40,137 nt of DNA from Escherichia phage vB_Eco_Mak. Below are positions 36,125 through 40,137 of the stretch, in pieces (position 1 is the first letter of the stretch; each line of letters starts with the position of its first letter). Location of the stretch: sequence record OX001577. The stretch is one strand, 5' to 3'. The notes below the pieces were generated by a model. It ran no database searches and was not told the DNA's origin. It was given only the letters and a program-made list of their open reading frames with translations. A program made the position numbers and the translations under genes.

Positions 36125-36330
36125 GTCTTGAACTTAACTTTGGAGATGCTGTAATCCGCTCTGCCCCTGTTGGTGGGGCGGTTGCAACAGACTTAGTAGC
36201 AAGGTTCATGGGTCTAACACTTCACGAGTGGTTCTATGTAGCGGCCATAGGATACACTTGCATTCAAGGGTGGGCAGTAATCTATAAGACCCTCAAGAAG
36301 TACAAGGAGGATAATGTAAATGACACCTAA
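36121..36330 (+). CDS. class II holin (T7 gp17.5-like)
   Basis: MSLELNFGDAVIRSAPVGG.....LVARF.GL.L.EWFYVAAIGYT matches remembered T7 gp17.5 (MLSLDFNNELIKAAPIVGTGVADVSARLFFGLSLNEWFYVAAIAYT). ATG 36121; track ORF starts at GTG 36112. Confidence 0.7.
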   Translation: MSLELNFGDAVIRSAPVGGAVATDLVARFMGLTLHEWFYVAAIGYTCIQGWAVIYKTLKKYKEDNVNDT

Positions 36331-36565
36331 AGAGTTTGAGCTATTACTTCAGGAACTAGACTACGAAGCTGCAAAGCTGATGTTACAAGACCTGAAGAAC
36401 GACGAGAAGCGTAACCCTCAGTTGTTTAACGCTGTGGTTCGCATGTTGGAACGCCACAAGCATACAATTGCAAAGGTTGTTCCTGATGAAAGCATTCTGA
36501 CCAGTCTTGCGTCTGAACTACCAGACCTGACTGAAGATGAACAATATGGAGGTATCTTACAATGA
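36320..36565 (+). CDS. terminase small subunit (T7 gp18-like)
   Basis: KLMLQDL...E.RNPQLFNAVVRMLERHK..IAK..PD..IL resembles remembered T7 gp18 (QRMLADLSDHERRSPQLYNAINKLLDRHKFQIGKLQPDVHIL). RBS AAGGAGG. Confidence 0.8.
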   Translation: MTPKEFELLLQELDYEAAKLMLQDLKNDEKRNPQLFNAVVRMLERHKHTIAKVVPDESILTSLASELPDLTEDEQYGGILQ

Positions 36566-36705
36566 ACCGTATCGTAACTTGGGTTCTGTTGGTCTGTGTG
36601 TGGACTGCTGTTCTGCTGAGTCTCAGTGGTTGCACCATTATGATTGACAGTCCAAACTCACAACCAATGGTTGAATGTGGTGACTTGTTAGGTATCACCC
36701 TGTAA
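36562..36705 (+). CDS. small lipoprotein, candidate outer-membrane spanin component
   Basis: Read by hand: ATG 36562 (GGAGG upstream) to TAA 36703..36705, 47 aa. Signal peptide with lipobox LSGC (MNRIVTWVLLVCVWTAVLLSLSGC...). Sits in the T7 18.5/18.7 position. Confidence 0.45.
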   Translation: MNRIVTWVLLVCVWTAVLLSLSGCTIMIDSPNSQPMVECGDLLGITL

Positions 36706-36753
36706 GTTATATACTCAAGGTCATTCGCGTAGAGTGGCCTTTATGAATATAAC
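36706..36753 (+). promoter_or_regulatory. RNase III-type processing hairpin
   Basis: GTTATATACTCAAGGTCATTCGCGTAGAGTGGCCTTTATGAATATAAC with perfect outer stem GTTATAT/ATATAAC. Confidence 0.6.
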
Positions 36754-36775
36754 TAGCAACTAAGGAGGTTAAATT

Positions 36776-37021
36776 ATGACCGAAAGTGATAACGCTACGC
36801 AAAATCTGAGTAGAAGTCCTTATGGATTATGGTCAGAAATTGAAGGATTGCGTAGTCTGGCAGACACTTTGATAGGTGGAGAGATGCCTATGGAGGTGTA
36901 CAACGCTCTGACTCCTGAGCAAAAGAAGATTACCCTTAACGTAACCAAGGCGTGTTCACAATGTGCTACTGCCTTAGAGAAGTTTCAAGAGGAGGTACTA
37001 AATGTCGGCTGCCCAAAGTAA
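36776..37021 (+). CDS. hypothetical protein
   Basis: 81-aa ORF with RBS AAGGAGG, right after an RNase III-type hairpin; overlaps the terminase large subunit start. No transmembrane segment. Confidence 0.5.
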   Translation: MTESDNATQNLSRSPYGLWSEIEGLRSLADTLIGGEMPMEVYNALTPEQKKITLNVTKACSQCATALEKFQEEVLNVGCPK

Positions 37022-38774
37022 CAAAGACAAACTCATTCTAGCTCGCCTGAAGGCTGACTTTGTGGCGTTCCTCTTTGTCCTGTGGAAAGCGTTGAACCTT
37101 CCTAAGCCTACTCGGTGTCAAATCGACATGGCTAGAAAGCTCGCTGCTGGCTCTGAGAGACGTTTTATCCTTCAGGCATTTCGTGGTATTGGTAAGTCCT
37201 TTATCACCTGTGCGTTCGTTGTATGGAAGCTCTGGAACAATCCTCAGTTGAAGTTCATGATTGTGTCTGCTTCAAAGGAACGTGCTGACGCTAACTCCAT
37301 CTTTATCAAGCGTATCATTGACCTGTTACCGTTCTTGCATGAGCTGAAACCTAAGCCTAACCAACGTGACTCTGTAATCAGCTTTGATGTTGGTCTAGCG
37401 AAACCTGACCACTCTCCTTCAGTTAAGTCTGTTGGTATCACTGGTCAGTTGACTGGTAGCCGTGCTGACATCCTGATTGCGGACGACGTTGAGGTTCCTA
37501 ACAACAGTTCCACACAGGCTGCTCGTGACCGCCTAGGTGAGCTTGTAAAGGAGTTTGACGCTATCTTGAAGCCTGAGGGTACTATCATCTACCTTGGTAC
37601 TCCACAATGCGAAATGACGCTGTACAGAGAGCTTGAGAACCGTGGTTACACTACTACCATCTGGCCTGCTCGTTATCCTAAAGACCGCAAAGACCTTGAG
37701 TCGTACGGCACACGCTTAGCTCCTATGCTTCTGGAAGACCTTGAGGAAAACCCTGAGGCCATGTGGTGGACACCTACTGACCCTGTACGCTTCGATGATG
37801 AAGACCTGCGGGAACGTGAGTTGTCATATGGTAAGGCTGGCTTTGCGTTACAGTTCATGTTGAACCCTAACCTGAGTGATGCCGAGAAGTATCCACTCAA
37901 GTGTCGTGACTTCATTGTGGCGGCTGTAGGTGATGACTTTGCGCCTTTGACCTACCAATGGCTACCTAACCACGAGAACCTAGCTGGGAACGTCCCTGCG
38001 GTGGGTTTGAAGGGAGACACATACCACTACTACCACGTAGCAGATAAGCGCACTGCGGCCTTCTCAGGCAAGATTCTGGCTATTGACCCTAGTGGTCGTG
38101 GTAAGGATGAAACAGGGTATGCTGTCTTGTACTTCCTCAATGGCTACATCTATGTGATGGCTATGGGTGGCTTCCGAGGTGGTTACGATGATGAAACCCT
38201 TGAGAAGCTAGCTAAGGTTGCCAAGCGATGGAAAGTCAATGAGGTTCTGGTGGAAGGTAACTTTGGTGACGGTATGTACCTCAAAGTGTTCTCTCCGGTA
38301 CTGGCTCGTATTCATCCTTGTACGTTGACTGAGACTAAGAGTAAAGGTCAGAAGGAACAACGTATTGCTGATACCATCGAACCTGTCTTAGGTGCTCACC
38401 GTATGGTTATCACTGAGGATGCAATTCGTCACGACTATCAGACTGCTCGTAATATTGATGGTCAGCATGACATTAAGTATTGCTGCATGTATCAACTTAC
38501 ACGTCTGACTCGTGAACGCGGCGCATTGGCTCACGATGACCGTCTGGACGCATTGGCAATCGGGGTGGCATATTTCCTTGAGTCAATCGAGAAAGACGCT
38601 CAGAAAGGCGCTGAGGAGCTTACAGAGGAATGGTTGGAAGACCAACTCAATGCTGAACGCATCAGTGACCAACTGAGTGACTACATTGTGCATCAAGGCG
38701 ATGTGGAAATCCGAGTAGGTTACCAAAATGAGGACGCATATTGGGTCACTAACCTAGTTGGGTTTGACCGGTGA
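37002..38774 (+). CDS. terminase large subunit (T7 gp19-like)
   Basis: Long near-identical stretches to remembered T7 gp19: [151 protein letters not shown]. Confidence 0.95.
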   Translation: MSAAQSNKDKLILARLKADFVAFLFVLWKALNLPKPTRCQIDMARKLAAGSERRFILQAFRGIGKSFITCAFVVWKLWNNPQLKFMIVSASKERADANSIFIKRIIDLLPFLHELKPKPNQRDSVISFDVGLAKPDHSPSVKSVGITGQLTGSRADILIADDVEVPNNSSTQAARDRLGELVKEFDAILKPEGTIIYLGTPQCEMTLYRELENRGYTTTIWPARYPKDRKDLESYGTRLAPMLLEDLEENPEAMWWTPTDPVRFDDEDLRERELSYGKAGFALQFMLNPNLSDAEKYPLKCRDFIVAAVGDDFAPLTYQWLPNHENLAGNVPAVGLKGDTYHYYHVADKRTAAFSGKILAIDPSGRGKDETGYAVLYFLNGYIYVMAMGGFRGGYDDETLEKLAKVAKRWKVNEVLVEGNFGDGMYLKVFSPVLARIHPCTLTETKSKGQKEQRIADTIEPVLGAHRMVITEDAIRHDYQTARNIDGQHDIKYCCMYQLTRLTRERGALAHDDRLDALAIGVAYFLESIEKDAQKGAEELTEEWLEDQLNAERISDQLSDYIVHQGDVEIRVGYQNEDAYWVTNLVGFDR

Positions 38775-38830
38775 TATGTTAACAAAGATGGTTAAATGTT
38801 AACGAATTGAGTAGATTTTTGACCATTTTG

Positions 38831-38853
38831 AATTAACACCCACTATTGGAGTA
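38831..38853 (+). promoter_or_regulatory. phage RNAP promoter near the right genome end
   Basis: AATTAACACCCACTATTGGAGTA, 57 nt after the terminase stop. Confidence 0.6.
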
Positions 38854-38948
38854 TACGACAATAAGAGGGAACATTAAGTCTATAGACACTAGGAGAGTCG
38901 ACCTTAGAGTAGGCACTCAGTCTGACCTTAGTGTTCCCTCTTTGTCTT

Positions 38949-38990
38949 GGGAGTATTCTTCATTATTAGAATAACTCCCTTCTCTTTGTG
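38949..38990 (+). terminator. candidate terminator hairpin downstream of terminase
   Basis: GGGAGTATTCT-TCATTATT-AGAATAACTCCC followed by a T-rich run (TTCTCTTT). Confidence 0.4.
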
Positions 38991-39119
38991 TAGAGACACT
39001 GAGGCGTATCTTGGAGGTGATTGTATGAGGAAGACTACCCTTATGGTCACCTACTATGTGGTTAAAGTTACCTTCTTGGTTTACCTGTTGGTAACCCATG
39101 CTGGCGCTTAATCTCGGTA

Positions 39120-39600
39120 TCCTTATCAGTCTACCTACGATTAAGTGTCTAGTGTCAATACCCTTATGTTAGTGACCTTATGTGTTAACCTTAGGGTAGG
39201 TTGGTCTTAGTGTCGCCTACCTTATGTTGTTAACACTATGTTAGTCCATTTTGTACAACACTAGAAAAATCTGAGTGACCATCTCACATATCAAGACCCA
39301 TTTAATCCCCCCATAGGGGTCAAACCTTATGTCCATCCCTTATGTCATTCCCTAAGTCTATCATTTTGTCTATCAATAGGTTTTAACTCTCGGTTGAGGT
39401 GGGGACAATAGGTGGAGACTATGGGTTTGTATCTCTATGTCTCCCTATCTGTATAGACCTTGTGTCTCCTCTCTATGTCTCTACCCTTATGTCTCCTCTC
39501 TATGTTCTATCAACTAGGCAGCATCCTACCTTATGTTAGACCCTAGGTCAATAACCTTATGTCATAGACCCTATAAATAGACCTTATCTATATAGACCAT
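39120..39600 (+). repeat. array of short CYTTATGT / CTCTATGT motifs flanking the genome end
   Basis: At least 12 copies of CCTTATGT-like octamers (e.g. ACCCTTATGTTAG, GACCTTATGTG, AAACCTTATGTCC, CCCTTATGTCTCC, AACCTTATGTCATAG) at irregular spacing; analogous to the ACCTAAAG repeat arrays at T7 ends. Confidence 0.6.
39283..39446 (+). repeat. predicted genome left terminus and direct terminal repeat (by analogy with T7)
   Basis: TCTCACATATCAAGACCC...CCCCCCATAGGGG parallels the remembered T7 left end (TCTCACAGTGTACGGACC...CCCCCATAGGGGG), and ...CTCTATGTCTCCCT parallels the end of the T7 160-bp terminal repeat (...CTCTGTGTCCCT). Only one copy can be present in a collapsed assembly. Confidence 0.35.
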
Positions 39601-39623
39601 AATTAACACCCACTATTGAAGAA
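39601..39623 (+). promoter_or_regulatory. phage RNAP promoter-like element near the left genome end (variant)
   Basis: AATTAACACCCACTATTGAAGAA (GAAGA instead of GGAGA at the start site), just upstream of the A1-like host promoter. Confidence 0.45.
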
Positions 39624-39653
39624 CAACAATCTTAATTATTTTAATATTGAGTA

Positions 39654-39682
39654 TTGACATTAGAACTTAGTGTCTATAGTAT
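39654..39682 (+). promoter_or_regulatory. host sigma70-type early promoter (T7 A1-like)
   Basis: TTGACA (39654..39659), 17-nt spacer, TAGTAT (39677..39682); flanks (GAGTATTGAC upstream, GGCGTCCATCGAAGGGAAACACGG downstream) resemble remembered T7 A1. Confidence 0.65.
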
Positions 39683-39782
39683 GGCGTCCATCGAAGGGAA
39701 ACACGGAAACGGTGCGACTCTGAGATTACAGCGTCAAGCGGTACAAGTAGACAGCCTGCTAAGTCATACGAACAACAGGTAC

Positions 39783-39811
39783 TTGACAACAGAAACAAGA
39801 AACACTAAGAT
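39783..39811 (+). promoter_or_regulatory. host sigma70-type early promoter (T7 A2-like)
   Basis: TTGACA (39783..39788), 17-nt spacer, TAAGAT (39806..39811); upstream GTAGACAGCCTG.TAAGTC matches the remembered T7 A2 context. Confidence 0.6.
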
Positions 39812-39859
39812 ACACCACAACGAAACAACAACAGAAACACCAACAAATAGGAGTTGACA

Positions 39860-40003
39860 ATGTTCAAGTTAAAATGTAAAGTGATGCCAATCCACAACAA
39901 ACAGGGTCACACAGTATGTACACCTGATGGATTTGCGATGAATGCTCGTGTTGAACGACTGAAGCGTGAACTCAAGATGAATCGTATGCTGAACAACATC
40001 TAA
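39860..40003 (+). CDS. T7 gp0.6-like early protein
   Basis: 47 aa; VMPIHNKQGHTVCTPDGFAMNARVERLKRELKMNR matches remembered T7 gene 0.6 product (VMPIHTSNGATVCTPDGFAMKQRIERLKRELRINR). RBS AGGAG 6 nt upstream. Downstream of two sigma70-type promoters. Confidence 0.6.
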   Translation: MFKLKCKVMPIHNKQGHTVCTPDGFAMNARVERLKRELKMNRMLNNI

Positions 40004-40010
40004 TAGCTAC

Positions 40011-40137
40011 GATAATCAAGCAACACTGCTGGTCTTGTTGTACTACGCAACTGCAAATGTAGTCGGGACGATGAAACTGCTATCCCTAAAGTTCTTTAAC
40101 AATCTGGTATAAAGCGCATGTGTTGAGTTAGAAAGTG
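40011..40137. repeat. exact duplicate of window positions 1..127 (probable assembly wrap-around of a circularly permuted sequence)
   Basis: Positions 40011..40137 are identical to 1..127 by direct comparison. The duplication lies between the gp0.6-like gene and the RNAP gene, not where T7-type terminal repeats reside. Confidence 0.8.

Noticed and set aside
39654-39857. 67-aa + strand ORF beginning at the TTGACA of the A1-like promoter
   Set aside because: Its start is the -35 hexamer of a sigma70-type promoter and it spans the A1/A2 promoter-leader region that resembles the non-coding T7 early leader. Low-complexity Thr/Asn-rich translation, no RBS.
39854-39882. Third TTGACA with a possible TAAAGT -10 (A3-like promoter)
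   Set aside because: The -35 hexamer abuts the gp0.6-like start codon and doubles as RBS spacer; the -10 is weak and a transcript from it would lack the start codon. Left as unresolved rather than called.

Overview
The window is an essentially complete, circularly permuted genome of a T7-like lytic podophage (Autographiviridae, T7 supergroup), about 40.0 kb unique. The first 127 bp are repeated exactly at 40011..40137, which looks like an assembly wrap-around. Every gene I support is on the + strand. The order is single-subunit RNA polymerase, a class II replication/metabolism region (DNA ligase, primase-helicase, SSB, endonuclease I, amidase, DNA polymerase, HNH endonuclease, gp5.5/gp5.7-like proteins, exonuclease), then the class III virion and packaging genes (gp6.7- and gp7.3-like, portal, scaffold, capsid, tail tubular A and B, internal virion proteins B, C and D, tail fiber, holin, small and large terminase). 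About 17 copies of a phage-promoter-like motif (consensus AATTAACACCCACTATTGGAGA), six T7-type RNase III hairpins and a terminator after the capsid gene punctuate it. Coordinates 38775..40010 hold the genome-end region (T7-like left-end sequence, short-repeat array, sigma70-type early promoters, a gp0.6-like gene). What stands out against the T7 backbone are accessory insertions: a class I SAM-dependent methyltransferase and a T4-type P-loop dNMP kinase in the early/middle region, a deoxynucleoside kinase inserted with its own promoter between the tail tubular B and internal virion protein genes, and a possible DUF2829-like small protein plus a polyproline-hinged two-domain protein after the tail fiber. 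The early region is minimal (no Ocr or gp0.7 kinase homologue seen). All homology statements come from reading the translations against remembered T7/T4 sequences and motifs; no database search was run.
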